Assembly: GCA_963777605.1 (NCBI GenBank) | Contig: CAVZRV010000007.1 | Coordinates: forward strand, 320,001-384,000 | DNA length: 64,000 nt | Source: an uncultured Acidobacteriota bacterium | GTDB taxonomy: Bacteria > Acidobacteriota > UBA6911 > RPQK01 > JAPXNP01 | Direction: 5' to 3' | In this document: piece after piece, positions 1 through 10,074 of the stretch | How the letters are laid out: every line of letters begins with the position of its first letter | Position numbering within the stretch: position 1 is the stretch's first letter | The notes under the pieces: model-generated | Database searches by the model: none | What the model was told of the DNA's origin: nothing | The model's input: only the letters and a program-made list of their open reading frames with translations | Position numbers and translations under genes: made by a program

Positions 1-387
1 ACCGGGTCGGCCTACGCCGACACCGCGATACGGGTCGGAGTCGTCACTCAGTTTTCAGCCGTTCGTCCGGTCCGGGTTGCCCCTTACCGCTACCCGGTGG
101 CCGCCGGTTGCGGACGATTCGGCTTCAGATCCGCACCAGTGGTGGTGGTGCCCGCCGGGAACTGGGGCAAAGTCGATTTCAACGTCAAACCGAAGAGCTC
201 AAAGGTCTTCGTGGATGGCACCTTCATCGGAGTCGCCGACCAATGGGACGGTGGCTTTTTCGGAACCACGGCCACCCTCAAGGCGGGTAATCACCGCGTC
301 CGAATCGAGGCGCCCGACGGCCGGACCATCACTCGCAAGATCTACGTGATGCCCGGCAAAGAACTCAACTTCAACTTCGAGTTCTAA
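1..387 (+). CDS. PEGA domain-containing protein, 5' end outside window
   Basis: Frame 1 is open from base 1 (TGSAYADTAIRV...). C-terminal VKPKSSKVFVDGTFIG...LKAGNHRVRIEAP matches the PEGA fold pattern. Confidence 0.75.
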   Translation, partial: TGSAYADTAIRVGVVTQFSAVRPVRVAPYRYPVAAGCGRFGFRSAPVVVVPAGNWGKVDFNVKPKSSKVFVDGTFIGVADQWDGGFFGTTATLKAGNHRVRIEAPDGRTITRKIYVMPGKELNFNFEF

Positions 388-478
388 TTCCGTGCCACGC
401 ACGCCAGCCAATCGCAAACGCCCATGGAATAAGAATTATGTTCCAAGTCTGGCACCAGTTACCGAAAACCCGCACCGG

Positions 479-862
479 TCACGGGGTGCGGGTTTCGCCG
501 CGGATAGCCGAGGCGACACTGCCGAGCACCTTGTCGAGAGACCCTCCCCATTGAACGGTCTCGAGCAGATTCCCATCTCCGTCATAGACGGAAGCCTTCC
601 AACCGAAACCCGGGTCTTCGACGATCAAACGGTAGTCAACCGCCATTTCCCTGTCGGCTGTGACAACACAATCGCGACACAGTCGGGCGAAATCTTCTTC
701 GAGTTCGGCCTGCTGGAGAGCGGAGACCGGAAAACAGTCCGGAGACGGACGGGCTTCCAGGTAAATCCGGGTGATGCCGGGGTGATCACTTGCTGCGACA
801 ACTGAAACCGGCGCAGCCAGGAGAATCACCGCAACGACGGCCAGGCAGTACAAGTAACGCAT
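479..862 (-). CDS. hypothetical exported protein (signal peptide, CxxC)
   Basis: MRYLYCLAVVAVILLAAPVSVVAA signal-like N-terminus; AAGGGGG SD-like sequence upstream of ATG 862. Confidence 0.6.
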   Translation of the reverse strand: MRYLYCLAVVAVILLAAPVSVVAASDHPGITRIYLEARPSPDCFPVSALQQAELEEDFARLCRDCVVTADREMAVDYRLIVEDPGFGWKASVYDGDGNLLETVQWGGSLDKVLGSVASAIRGETRTP

Positions 863-902
863 TTCGGTACCCCCTTGTTTTCTCATTGCTCTCATAACGG
901 TT

Positions 903-927
903 AACGAGTTTGACCCTCCTTTTGTTC
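903..927 (-). promoter_or_regulatory. putative ECF-sigma promoter GAAC-N17-CGTT
   Basis: Minus strand reads GAACAAAAGGAGGGTCAAACTCGTT. Same architecture occurs at 57954-57978. Confidence 0.4.
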
Positions 928-1041
928 TGATAGTTGGGAGGTTTTTCGATCGCTGTCGGATTTCGGACCGATTCAGTGCTGATTAGAGCTTCCGTGGGTT
1001 CCTTCGAAGCGCCAATCTCTCTGATCGTGTAACCGGAGTTC

Positions 1042-1050
1042 TGCTATACT
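1042..1050 (+). promoter_or_regulatory. extended -10 promoter of tRNA-Pro
   Basis: TGCTATACT (TGn-TAnnnT) ends 11 nt before the tRNA 5' end. Confidence 0.55.
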
Positions 1051-1061
1051 CGGGCATTCGT

Positions 1062-1138
1062 CGGGGCATGGCGCAGTCCGGTAGCGCGCCTGCTTTGGGA
1101 GCAGGATGTCGGGGGTTCAAATCCCTCTGCCCCGACCA
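1062..1138 (+). tRNA. tRNA-Pro (anticodon TGG)
   Basis: Acceptor stem CGGGGCA/TGCCCCG, anticodon arm CCTGC-TTTGGGA-GCAGG, T-loop GTTCAAATC, encoded 3' CCA; 77 nt. Confidence 0.98.
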
Positions 1139-1232
1139 TTTCAAATTGCGAATTTCGAAATGCGAAGTACGAAGCAAATTCGCAGATCGCACTTCGGTTT
1201 CCGCCTTCGAACTCGCCATTCTCAACTCGCAG
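1139..1232. repeat. inverted array of degenerate heptamers (nnnCGAA / TTCGnnn)
   Basis: TTTCAAA TTGCGAA TTTCGAA ATGCGAA GTACGAA, then TTCGCAG ATCGCAC TTCGGTT ... CTCGCCA TTCTCAA CTCGCAG. Confidence 0.7.
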
Positions 1233-1287
1233 TCGGCGTCCGGACGTCCATCCCGCCACCGGCCTGCGGCCCATCTCCTCGCCCAAT

Positions 1288-1453
1288 TTGGAGTGCCGGA
1301 AGTGACAACTTCCGCTTTTGCCCATCACCGAACGATGCCTCCGACATCAGGAAGCGAAAGCTTCCCTTGCCACTCACCTCGAACGCGGTGGGACGTTCGG
1401 CTTGCACTCGCCGAGGCACGCCACGGCGGAAGCTTTCGGTTCGCGCATTCCAA
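1288..1453. repeat. degenerate REP-like palindrome cluster
   Basis: TTGGAGTGC-CGGAAG tgacaa CTTCCG-CTTTT (1288-1319), GGAAGC gaaa GCTTCC (about 1350-1365), and an inverted partner ending GCATTCCAA (1445-1453). Confidence 0.5.
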
Positions 1454-1527
1454 GTGAATCTCCAGCAAGTGCCAGGATCGACGGAGAAGCCTTAATGGGC
1501 AGGGGGGGCCAAAAGGGCTGATGGATG

Positions 1528-2742
1528 TCACCGATTTTGGAGGGCGGCGGCCATGGCGGCGATGTTTTCCGGGGGGACGTCGGCGAGGATGTTGTGGACC
1601 TGCTGAAAAACGAAGCCTCCGCCGGGGCGCAACTTCTCGATTTGCTGCCTGACGTGGCGGAAGACCTCGTCCGGGGTTCCCTGGGGAAGGATGGCGTGGG
1701 TATCGCAGCCTCCGCCCCATAAGGTGATTTCCGACCCGAAGTCCGCTTTCAGTTGTGCGGCTTCCATTCCGGCACACGAGACCTGCACCGGGTTGATGGC
1801 ATCCAGCCCCGCGTCAATCAGATCGGGAAGGAGAGGTCGAACCCCTCCGCAGCAGTGCAACATTACCTTGACGTCCGCCAGCGCCTTGGCCCGATTCCAC
1901 ATCAGGCAATGCCGGGGCTTAAAAAACTCCCGATACATGGCCGGTGAGATCTGCGGGCCGGTCTGCATTCCGAGGTCGTCTCCGAACACAATGACATCGA
2001 TGTACGGCCCGACGATTCCGAGCCAGTGCTCGAGATCAGAGAGGTGATGCTCGACGAGGCGATCCAGAAACTGGTGGGCTCGGGCGGGCTCGGCAGCGAG
2101 GAGGATCAGGAATTCGTCGTTACGGAATAGCATCTGCCCGATTTCGAGAAGGTTCCCCCCGAACAGCCCCAGAATCGCCCGGTCTGTTGACTCCCTCAAG
2201 CGCCTGGCCCCCTCCCGAAGTTCTTCATCGGAGACAGGGCCCGGTGGGGCGGATACCACCGACCACATCGACTCATCCAGTGCCGCGCCGATCGAATCGT
2301 ACTTCTCGGGCTCATCGCGCAAGGGAAAGAAGACCTGTTCGAAGTAGAGCGCCCCGTCCGGCATGTGCCCAACGATTCGGCCCGATGAGGCCCGCACAAC
2401 CCACCGCCCTTCGAGCCGTTCGGGCGGAAGCCACGCAGGAACGCTGGAGAGGGTCCCGTCTGGCAAGGGCCAGTCGACCCAGTCTTCATCGGCGAGAGAG
2501 AACCCGCGACCCAACTCGATGGTGTCGGCACCGAACCAATCGAGAACGTCCTCGTCGATCACCGCCAGTTGCTGGATCAGATCGTAAACCCGGATCGGCT
2601 TCTCTCTCAGGCCCAGGTGAGCCCGCAGCCTCCGGTAGGCCTGTGCGGAGATCCCGGACGAGCGGTGCCCGGAGAGATCCACCGGAACCTGCTCGGGTTC
2701 ACGGTGATCCAGGGCTGCCAGGATCCGCTCTCTGGAGTTCAT
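1528..2742 (-). CDS. uroporphyrinogen decarboxylase family (MtaA/CmuA-like methyltransferase) protein
   Basis: [47 protein letters not shown]...VPPEN motifs. Confidence 0.88.
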   Translation of the reverse strand: MNSRERILAALDHREPEQVPVDLSGHRSSGISAQAYRRLRAHLGLREKPIRVYDLIQQLAVIDEDVLDWFGADTIELGRGFSLADEDWVDWPLPDGTLSSVPAWLPPERLEGRWVVRASSGRIVGHMPDGALYFEQVFFPLRDEPEKYDSIGAALDESMWSVVSAPPGPVSDEELREGARRLRESTDRAILGLFGGNLLEIGQMLFRNDEFLILLAAEPARAHQFLDRLVEHHLSDLEHWLGIVGPYIDVIVFGDDLGMQTGPQISPAMYREFFKPRHCLMWNRAKALADVKVMLHCCGGVRPLLPDLIDAGLDAINPVQVSCAGMEAAQLKADFGSEITLWGGGCDTHAILPQGTPDEVFRHVRQQIEKLRPGGGFVFQQVHNILADVPPENIAAMAAALQNR

Positions 2743-3338
2743 CGATCGACTTCAAGACCGGCTTTGAGCCGCCGCTTGAACCGGCTCAAAGCCACCGCCC
2801 GGTGTGAAACCTGGTTCTTGGCGGCGGAATCCATCTCTCCGAAAGTCAGGCCCGCGGGAGGGTAATAGAAGATCGGATCGTAGCCGAACCCGTTCTGACC
2901 TCTCGGCTCAAGAGTAATCTCGCCGCGGACGATACCCTCGGTCTCGATGATGCGGTCTTCGCCAAGGAGACCACATATGGCACAAACGAACTGGGCTCCA
3001 CGAGGAGCGTCGGGTCCGGCTTCGCGAAGGAACCGCAATACCGCACCATTCCTTTCTTCGTCACTCGGTGCCAGCCGCGCCGAGTAGACGCCCGGCCTGT
3101 CGTCGAGCGCGTCCACCATCAGGCCCGAATCGTCGGCGATGGCGGGCAATCCGGTCAAGCCAGCAAAATGAGTTGCCTTCTTGCGAGCATTTTCGGCAAA
3201 GGTGTCACCGTCTTCGACGGCATCGGGTAGTCCCGGAAACAGTTCCAGAGAAACCAAATCAATGTCCAGGTCTTCCAGGACTGCCTGCAATTCGACCAGC
3301 TTGCCCTTATTGGTCGTTGCCAGCAGAACGCGCATCAT
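2739..3338 (-). CDS. rdgB: non-canonical purine NTP pyrophosphatase (Ham1 family)
   Basis: [35 protein letters not shown]. Confidence 0.95.
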   Translation of the reverse strand: MMRVLLATTNKGKLVELQAVLEDLDIDLVSLELFPGLPDAVEDGDTFAENARKKATHFAGLTGLPAIADDSGLMVDALDDRPGVYSARLAPSDEERNGAVLRFLREAGPDAPRGAQFVCAICGLLGEDRIIETEGIVRGEITLEPRGQNGFGYDPIFYYPPAGLTFGEMDSAAKNQVSHRAVALSRFKRRLKAGLEVDR

Positions 3339-4095
3339 CCGGTCTCCGCAGGATCGAATCAGGATCCCCGACTCGGGCTCCGATCACTTCCTTCTGCTTC
3401 TCGATCAGCGTTGAGATCCCCGCCGAGGCAAGGTCGAGCATGCGGTTGAGCCGGTCACGGTCAAACGGCTCGGCTTCGGCAGTGCCCTGAATTTCAACGA
3501 AGGATCCTGCGCCGGACATGATCACGTTCATGTCCACTTCCGCATTCGAGTCCTCCTCGTATGCGAGATCCAGGTAAACGTCCCCGTTGACAACCCCGAC
3601 ACTGACCGCGGCCACGTAGTCGCGAACGGGAGACATCGTCAATTTTCCCTGCTCCATCAGCCTGTGGACGGCGAGGGCAAGCGCGACGAAGGCTCCGGTC
3701 ACCGATGCAGTCCGCGTCCCACCGTCCGCCTGGATCACGTCGCAATCGAGCCAGAAAGTCCGCTCACCTAACGCGCGCAGGTCGATCACCGATCGCAACG
3801 CACGACCGATAATCCGTTGAATTTCCTGTGTCCTTCCCGAGGGCCGACCTTTGGCGGACTCGCGTACCATCCGTGTCGAGGTGGAGCGGGGCAACATCCC
3901 GTACTCGGAGGTAACCCACCCGCTGCCCGAGCCCCGAATGAATGGAGGAACCCGGTCTTCAAGGCTGGCACTGCAGATGATGCGGGTGCCACCGCACTCG
4001 ATCAAAACGGAGCCCTCCGGGTGAACAATGAAATCTGGAGTAATCACCACCGAACGCAACTGGTCCGGCTGCCGGCCATCGGAACGAATCAACAT
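3307..4095 (-). CDS. rph: ribonuclease PH
   Basis: [35 protein letters not shown]. Start set at ATG 4095 (MLIRSDGR). Confidence 0.96.
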   Translation of the reverse strand: MLIRSDGRQPDQLRSVVITPDFIVHPEGSVLIECGGTRIICSASLEDRVPPFIRGSGSGWVTSEYGMLPRSTSTRMVRESAKGRPSGRTQEIQRIIGRALRSVIDLRALGERTFWLDCDVIQADGGTRTASVTGAFVALALAVHRLMEQGKLTMSPVRDYVAAVSVGVVNGDVYLDLAYEEDSNAEVDMNVIMSGAGSFVEIQGTAEAEPFDRDRLNRMLDLASAGISTLIEKQKEVIGARVGDPDSILRRPDDARSAGNDQ

Positions 4096-4105
4096 CGTGA
4101 GTATT

Positions 4106-4729
4106 CTACATGAAGGCCCCGGACAGGGAGACGTGGCCGAGGAGGGTCTCGGCGGGTCGACCGCCGACCAGAAACCGTACCCGCTCGATCTCGGGCAAGT
4201 TGCTGCGCAGGCTTTGGACAATCGACCGGATGAACGCCAGTTCGGTGACGATGCCTCCCGCGAGCGTGCCGCCACCGTCGAGAGTCAAATCAACGACCGC
4301 GGTTCCGTCATTCAGAACGTAGACCTGGCGCAACCTGGCCTTGCCGTACAGGGACTCGAGGATCAGGAGTGGCTCCTCGCCATCCACTTCCTCCTCGGGC
4401 TCGGCCGACTCCGAAGGGCCCTTGAACAGTTCCTCGATGATCTGCCGGGCCATCAGGGTCTGGTCGTCGATCTGGAAAATCGTCCGTTCCTCTCCAGTCA
4501 GAAAGTTCTCCGCTCCGGGATAGGCATCCCGCGTGTAGAAAAACAATTCTACTGCGACCTCTTCGGTCCCCTGGTCCTTGACGATGGAACTTTCCGGAGT
4601 CAGGCGCTCCGGCCCCGCCGCCGCCTGGTCTCGACGGCGCAGCTGTTCGGAAAGAAACAGGCTGTATGCCATGTACCCGGCGACCGCGACCAACACTACG
4701 GCCAGTATGGCCCACTTGTAATCTCTCAT
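4106..4729 (-). CDS. GerMN domain-containing membrane-anchored protein
   Basis: N-terminal [33 protein letters not shown]; typical amidase-GerMN-rph context. Confidence 0.85.
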   Translation of the reverse strand: MRDYKWAILAVVLVAVAGYMAYSLFLSEQLRRRDQAAAGPERLTPESSIVKDQGTEEVAVELFFYTRDAYPGAENFLTGEERTIFQIDDQTLMARQIIEELFKGPSESAEPEEEVDGEEPLLILESLYGKARLRQVYVLNDGTAVVDLTLDGGGTLAGGIVTELAFIRSIVQSLRSNLPEIERVRFLVGGRPAETLLGHVSLSGAFM

Positions 4730-6228
4730 TGCGTCCTGGTAAATCGTGCAAGGGTATCGGCAATTGCCGCGGCAAGCTGATCCCGAAATTCCGGCGTGCC
4801 GAGTAGACTGAGATCCTGCGGATTGGTCAGGAACCCGGTTTCGATCAGAATCGCCGGAGCCTCGATCGGTTCGAGTTCCGCCAAGGGAGCTTCGGTAACC
4901 AGATTTTCCGATTCAAACAGTTCGTTCAGGCGGCTCTGCATGAGATGCGCAAGCCTGCGACTTTCGACGATGTAAGGATCCTGCGCCCGGCTCCATGGTT
5001 TCAGAAGAGCGGCTAACTCCGACGATTTTTCGTCTTCCGTTTCCGCCTCGCCCTTCTCCTCGGGAGCGCTGAGAATGTAGACCATCGGCCCGCGGATTCC
5101 CGGGGTGGGCGCTGAGCCGAGGTGAATCGTGACGAAGACCGACGCCTGATAAAAATTAGCAACCGCAGCCCGCTGATCCAGGGCAATGGAGACATCCCGG
5201 GTCCGGGTCAGGCGCATCGGCACCTGGTCCGCGCGCAACTGGTGCTCCACCTTCTGGGCCAGTTCGAGAGCCAACACTTTCTCGAGCACTTCCTGGTGGG
5301 AATCAACCCCGTAGTCCTCGGCACCGTGCCCGGCATCGACAACAACCAAACCCTCCTGCCTAACTCGGCGAGCAGCCGTCGGCACCTGCGCCCCGATGGT
5401 CTGGTCAGAAGGAGAAACAACTCCCGCTCCGGCGCCCGAATCGGCAGGCCGACCGTCCGAAGGGCTGACCACGGTCGGTTCCGAAACTCCGTACACGTCC
5501 AGTACGAGGCGTGGAGGATTGTTCAGCATGAGGTGCTGGAATCTTAGGAACGCGGGCCCCTTCCTTATCCTGAAGGTACCCAGGGCCTCCTGAGCTTCGA
5601 AAGAGATCCCCGAGACGATGTCCTGGGAAACAGGCAAGTCAATGGTAGCCGGACGAACCAGAGAATCCATGTACGCAACATCGATGTAGTCATGGAACTC
5701 TCGCACTTCGACGTCGGCCGGCCGGCTCATTCTGAACACGATCGAGAGATGGTCGGGGTAGTCCAGAGTTTCCACCCGCACGGTATTCTCCCTTACCAAC
5801 TCAATCTGAAATGACCAATTTCCGGTTTGGGTCATCCGTTCATTCAGAATCGTCGGGAGCGCCATTTTGAGGAAGTCGACCGGCACGTACCACTGGCCCT
5901 GGCGGCGTTCCCAGCAGGGAGCCCCGAGCAGAACGTACTGTTCTCCGGTTCGGACGAGGGGGCGACCGCTCTGGAGGATGAGGGTCCCCCGCGAACCCGC
6001 CACCATCACCCGGCCTCGGGCAGCGGTCAGCGACAGGTTGAGGAGTTGGGCGATGTCGTCGAGGGAATAGTAGGGGGTTCCGTTGTGGTCAACGGCACTG
6101 AGCTTTCGAACAGCACCGCCAACACTGATCGAGAGATCCTGAGAGAATCCCCAGGCCAGGAACAGCACCCCTGTAAGTACGGCTATACTCCAGCGGCCGT
6201 ACCGACTACTCCTATCCAATGAGAACAT
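4726..6228 (-). CDS. N-acetylmuramoyl-L-alanine amidase (Amidase_3)
   Basis: VVDAGHG, EKVLAL, FVTIH, ILIETGFLTN zinc/catalytic pattern; PPRLVLDV AMIN-like motif. Confidence 0.88.
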   Translation of the reverse strand: MFSLDRSSRYGRWSIAVLTGVLFLAWGFSQDLSISVGGAVRKLSAVDHNGTPYYSLDDIAQLLNLSLTAARGRVMVAGSRGTLILQSGRPLVRTGEQYVLLGAPCWERRQGQWYVPVDFLKMALPTILNERMTQTGNWSFQIELVRENTVRVETLDYPDHLSIVFRMSRPADVEVREFHDYIDVAYMDSLVRPATIDLPVSQDIVSGISFEAQEALGTFRIRKGPAFLRFQHLMLNNPPRLVLDVYGVSEPTVVSPSDGRPADSGAGAGVVSPSDQTIGAQVPTAARRVRQEGLVVVDAGHGAEDYGVDSHQEVLEKVLALELAQKVEHQLRADQVPMRLTRTRDVSIALDQRAAVANFYQASVFVTIHLGSAPTPGIRGPMVYILSAPEEKGEAETEDEKSSELAALLKPWSRAQDPYIVESRRLAHLMQSRLNELFESENLVTEAPLAELEPIEAPAILIETGFLTNPQDLSLLGTPEFRDQLAAAIADTLARFTRTQ

Positions 6229-6253
6229 CCCCGCAATTATAAGGAAGTCGGGC

Positions 6254-7129
6254 CTAAAGATTCACGGCGTGACTGAGTGTAAGGTCAGATTCTTTAACTT
6301 TTCTCGCGAGACGGGGGTTGCGGGAAATCTCCGTGGCCAGGTTGGTGTGCAGTGAATGGCCGGCCCGGTAGGCGGTAATCCGTCCGATCAGGGGAAAACC
6401 GCACAGGGAGACGTCGCCGATTAAATCAAGAACCTTGTGGCGGACAAACTCGTCATCCGCTCGCAGTTCCCCGTTCATAATGCCGTTCTCGCTCAACACG
6501 ACCGCGTTGTCGAAACTACCCCCACGGATCAGGCCCTTCTTGAGGAGGTCCTCCACTTCGCGGTAGAAACCGAACGTCCTGGCGAAAGCCACTTCCCGGG
6601 AATACACGCGGGGATTGATGTCGAGGTCCAGCACCTGGCTGCCAATCGCAGGGTGATCAAAGTCGATCTGATAGCGAATCGAGAACTGCTCGGCCGGCTC
6701 TATCTTCACGTACTTGCCAGGCTCCTCCAGGATCACAGTTTCCTCGACAACCAGGCAGGTTCTCTCGGCATCCTGTTCCTCGACACCCGCCTCCCGGATC
6801 ATTTCGACAAAGCGAAGTGCCGAACCGTCAAGAATGGGGACTTCCAGGGAGTCGATGTCGATGAAGACGTTGTCGATGCCACATCCGTAAAGAGCCGACA
6901 GAACGTGCTCCACGGTCGAAAGCATCACCCCCCGCTTCATCAGCGTAGTCGCCAGAACGACCCGGGAGACCCAGCATCGCAGAGCCTCAATCTCGAAGTT
7001 CTGCAGATCGACCCGTCTGAACACCATCCCGGTATTCGCGGGCGCGGGGCGCAATGTCAAAGAGACTTTACAACCTGTATGAAGGCCGGTTCCAGAGACG
7101 CTAACGGGCTTGCGAATTGTACACTGCAT
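6254..7129 (-). CDS. lpxC: UDP-3-O-acyl-N-acetylglucosamine deacetylase
   Basis: GTGLHTG, STVEHVLSAL, EVPILDGSA, ARTFGF, RHKVLDLIGD. Confidence 0.97.
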   Translation of the reverse strand: MQCTIRKPVSVSGTGLHTGCKVSLTLRPAPANTGMVFRRVDLQNFEIEALRCWVSRVVLATTLMKRGVMLSTVEHVLSALYGCGIDNVFIDIDSLEVPILDGSALRFVEMIREAGVEEQDAERTCLVVEETVILEEPGKYVKIEPAEQFSIRYQIDFDHPAIGSQVLDLDINPRVYSREVAFARTFGFYREVEDLLKKGLIRGGSFDNAVVLSENGIMNGELRADDEFVRHKVLDLIGDVSLCGFPLIGRITAYRAGHSLHTNLATEISRNPRLARKVKESDLTLSHAVNL

Positions 7130-7260
7130 TTCCAGATTTCTATGGAAGCACGTTCGGGTCCAGTCTCAAGCCCACGAAGGAATCAGGGTTTCAGCCCGTG
7201 TGGACCTCAGAAGTGTTGCCAGAAAACGACAACAAGTGTGGCTTGCCGGAAACATCCGGA

Positions 7261-8046
7261 TCACTTCTCTTCCACCACTGGACGGGTAAACAGAGATTCC
7301 GGAAGGTCCGGGTTTACGATGATATCAACGACGAATTGCTGCTCGGAGACTTCCTCGTCCACGTAGATATCGTGGCGGAGCGGGAGATTGACTCCCTGGA
7401 TCACGTGCCAGTTGTAGAACTCATGCTCGCGCTTGTGGCGGACGCCCACCTTGTCCGTAAAATGACTTTCCAGCTTTTCGGGCAACCCGGTCTTGGTGTT
7501 AAAGAAGACCACCACCGAATTGTTGGTGGCGTCAAGGAACTCGACCGCCTCGAAACTCCCGGTCCCGGCGATGTCTTCAGGACCGAAGTAATAGACGTTC
7601 ATTCCTTCTTCGTTGAGGCGGTAGCGAAGGAGCACATCGACATCGAGACTGACGGCCTTCTTGAACTGCTCGATCTCCTCGGGCTTGATTTCTTCGACAG
7701 TGGATTTCCCGTCCAACGTCCAGCCCTTGTCCAGTTCCAGGTTGTAGATCTGCACGTACTGGCGCTTTCCCTCTCCCATCTGGAACCTGGACTTGACCGG
7801 ATTGTAGACGGTCCAGTCGGTATACTCCGTGAATGCCTTCCGTCCCTTTCGAAAGTGGAAATAGCGGCCACTGCTCGACGTCGCATTCATATTCAGATAG
7901 GCGTCCCCACCCATCTCCTTGATGGCGCGGTCAATGACCCGGCGTGCTTCCGGGGCGATGTCGGCTCTCGCCTGCACGACCGCAAAAACTGCGATAAACA
8001 GCCCCAAGAGTGAGACGAAAATTGCTTTTCCAGACTTCATACGCAT
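7261..8046 (-). CDS. exported hypothetical protein, possibly LolA-like/lipoprotein-sorting beta fold
   Basis: Signal peptide ending VQARA; IDRAIKEMGG; beta-rich; C-terminal NPDLPESLFTRP. Confidence 0.6.
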   Translation of the reverse strand: MRMKSGKAIFVSLLGLFIAVFAVVQARADIAPEARRVIDRAIKEMGGDAYLNMNATSSSGRYFHFRKGRKAFTEYTDWTVYNPVKSRFQMGEGKRQYVQIYNLELDKGWTLDGKSTVEEIKPEEIEQFKKAVSLDVDVLLRYRLNEEGMNVYYFGPEDIAGTGSFEAVEFLDATNNSVVVFFNTKTGLPEKLESHFTDKVGVRHKREHEFYNWHVIQGVNLPLRHDIYVDEEVSEQQFVVDIIVNPDLPESLFTRPVVEEK

Positions 8047-8099
8047 GGCAGTTCCCGTGCAAAGATCCTACCAGACCTTGGCGCGCGCGTCCGGCAGGA

Positions 8100-9137
8100 T
8101 CACCCTCCAAAATAGCGGGAGTAGAGTGCCCGGGCCACCCCCGGGTCATCGGTTCCTTTAATGATGGCCCGCCCGTCCTGGAAGTATGTGAACTCGAATT
8201 CGCCGGATCGGAACCGGATCAGGTAGGGCGACGCCTCCACGTCCAGTGTCCGGCCAAGTCGGCCGGCGAGTTCCTCGAGGTCGGCTTCGACGACCCGGAC
8301 GGGCTTCACCTGCACGGCATTTCTTCCACAAAGCCGCGCTGTAGCCGAACTGAGCCGGCCTTCCAGGAAGTCGAATCGCCGTTCTCCGCAACAGCGGCAG
8401 TCGGCTCTCGGCCCGACATCTTCAACACGACGCCACAGGTCCTGCCAGACATCAACAGTGAAGAGGCCGGTAAGGGGCAGCTTCCCGGTGAGGATTCGAA
8501 GTGCCTGAGTGACCTGGAAACCGGCCACGACGTGTATCGTCGGAGCCAGGATGCCCGCCGTATCACAAGTCTCACCTGCGCCGGAAGCCGGCATTTCAGG
8601 AAAGAGGCACTGCAGACAGGAAGTCCTTCCCGGAACCACCGCCATCGCCAGGCCGTAACTTCCCAGGGCCGCCCCGTACACCCAGGGAATGCCCTTGGAG
8701 ACAGCGTAGTCATTGACAAGGAATCGGACCTCGAAATTGTCCGATCCGTCAAGGATGAGGTCTGCTCCGTTCAGCAGGCTTTCGATGTTGTCCCAAGAGA
8801 GGTCCTGAATGTGTGAATCGATCCGAACATCAGAGTTGATGGCAGAAATAGCCCGCTCGGCCGCGACAGCCTTGGGCAGGGACAACCCGGCGTCCGACTC
8901 TGTAAAGAGCGACTGCCGCTGAAGATTGCTCCACTCAACAAAATCTCGGTCGATGACCGTCAACCTCCCGGCTCCGGCCCGGGCGAGCATCTCGGCAATC
9001 ACGCTTCCGAGCGCACCACATCCAACTACGGCGACGTGCGATTGACGGATTTGATCCTGTCCTTCGGCACCAATGCCGGGGAACAGAACCTGTCGCGAGT
9101 ACCTCCCCTTCTTGGGATCAAACGGGTCGGGGCTCAT
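8100..9137 (-). CDS. ThiF/MoeB family adenylyltransferase
   Basis: RYSRQ, VVGCGALGS, DRDFVEWSNLQRQ, CLQC and CRCC zinc pairs. Confidence 0.92.
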   Translation of the reverse strand: MSPDPFDPKKGRYSRQVLFPGIGAEGQDQIRQSHVAVVGCGALGSVIAEMLARAGAGRLTVIDRDFVEWSNLQRQSLFTESDAGLSLPKAVAAERAISAINSDVRIDSHIQDLSWDNIESLLNGADLILDGSDNFEVRFLVNDYAVSKGIPWVYGAALGSYGLAMAVVPGRTSCLQCLFPEMPASGAGETCDTAGILAPTIHVVAGFQVTQALRILTGKLPLTGLFTVDVWQDLWRRVEDVGPRADCRCCGERRFDFLEGRLSSATARLCGRNAVQVKPVRVVEADLEELAGRLGRTLDVEASPYLIRFRSGEFEFTYFQDGRAIIKGTDDPGVARALYSRYFGG

Positions 9138-10051
9138 GATTCACCAACCAGCCGGACGCCACGGACATCAAGATCCAGGACGTGATAATCCGCCCTCGAG
9201 CGATTGGCGGCCAGCGCATCGACCATCCACCCGCCGACCTCGTCGTGCCCTCCGGTAGTGATAGCCAAAAGGGTCGAACCCGACCCACTGACAGTCAACG
9301 CCAGCACCTTCTCGTCCAGGTGGCGCGGCAATCCCTCCCGCGACAGGACCGACTCGGCACCCGGGATGAGACTCGCCCGAAAAGCCTGGTGCAACTGGTC
9401 CCGGGTCGCCTCCCGAAGCAGATCGGGACGCCCCTGCGAAAGCGCGAAGACCAGCAGGCCACACCGCTGAAGATTGAAAACCGCGTCCTTAAGGCCATAC
9501 TGTTCGGGAAGAATCGCCCGTGCCTGCCGGGTCGAAATTTCGATGTCCGGAATGGCAACCACGAAGCGACAGTCCAGTTTGAAGGGCAGGCGCTCTGACC
9601 AGACCTTTCCCGAGTCAACCCAGGACAAGGTCCAACCGCCCATGAGACTGGCGGCCACGTTCTCCGGATGACCTTCCAGCCCGTAGGCGATAGCCAGGCT
9701 CTCCCTCTCAGGGAGGCGAGCGCCCGCAATGTGTTCGGCCAGCCGAATGCCGGCAACGTAGGCGGCACCGCTGCTTCCAAGGCCGCGTCGAAGGGGAATG
9801 TCATTGCGGACCGCAAAGGCCATGCCAGGAATCTCCACACCCATCTCAGCTGCCCCAGCACGGAGCCCTTTCTCGATGGCGTTGTCGGCCGGTTCCAGCA
9901 TCCACCCCTCCGGCCAGACCAGTTCTGCATCCTCTCGAAAGGTGACATCGATCTCGAGGTACACACTCAACGCGGCAGAAATCGCGTCGAATCCAGATCC
10001 AAGGTTGCTGGTACTTCCTGGAACTACAAGTTGGACATTGTCATGCGCCAT
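9134..10051 (-). CDS. thrB: homoserine kinase
   Basis: PGSTSNLGSGFD, IPLRRGLGSSGAA GHMP motif, EGHPEN, SGSGST. Confidence 0.93.
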   Translation of the reverse strand: MAHDNVQLVVPGSTSNLGSGFDAISAALSVYLEIDVTFREDAELVWPEGWMLEPADNAIEKGLRAGAAEMGVEIPGMAFAVRNDIPLRRGLGSSGAAYVAGIRLAEHIAGARLPERESLAIAYGLEGHPENVAASLMGGWTLSWVDSGKVWSERLPFKLDCRFVVAIPDIEISTRQARAILPEQYGLKDAVFNLQRCGLLVFALSQGRPDLLREATRDQLHQAFRASLIPGAESVLSREGLPRHLDEKVLALTVSGSGSTLLAITTGGHDEVGGWMVDALAANRSRADYHVLDLDVRGVRLVGES

Positions 10052-10074
10052 AGCGATCTCTCAGCCTTCCCCCG

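Noticed and set aside
1139-1453. CRISPR array or integrated element at tRNA-Pro
   Set aside because: The repeats are 7-mers or short palindromes with no spacer structure; no cas gene, integrase or duplicated tRNA 3' end was seen in the window.
983-1521. Short ORFs overlapping the tRNA and its 3' spacer
   Set aside because: They are translations of the tRNA and repeat DNA with no protein-like features.
3307-3338. rph-rdgB fusion broken by a frameshift
   Set aside because: rdgB has its own GGAG SD and ATG; a short overlap is ordinary.
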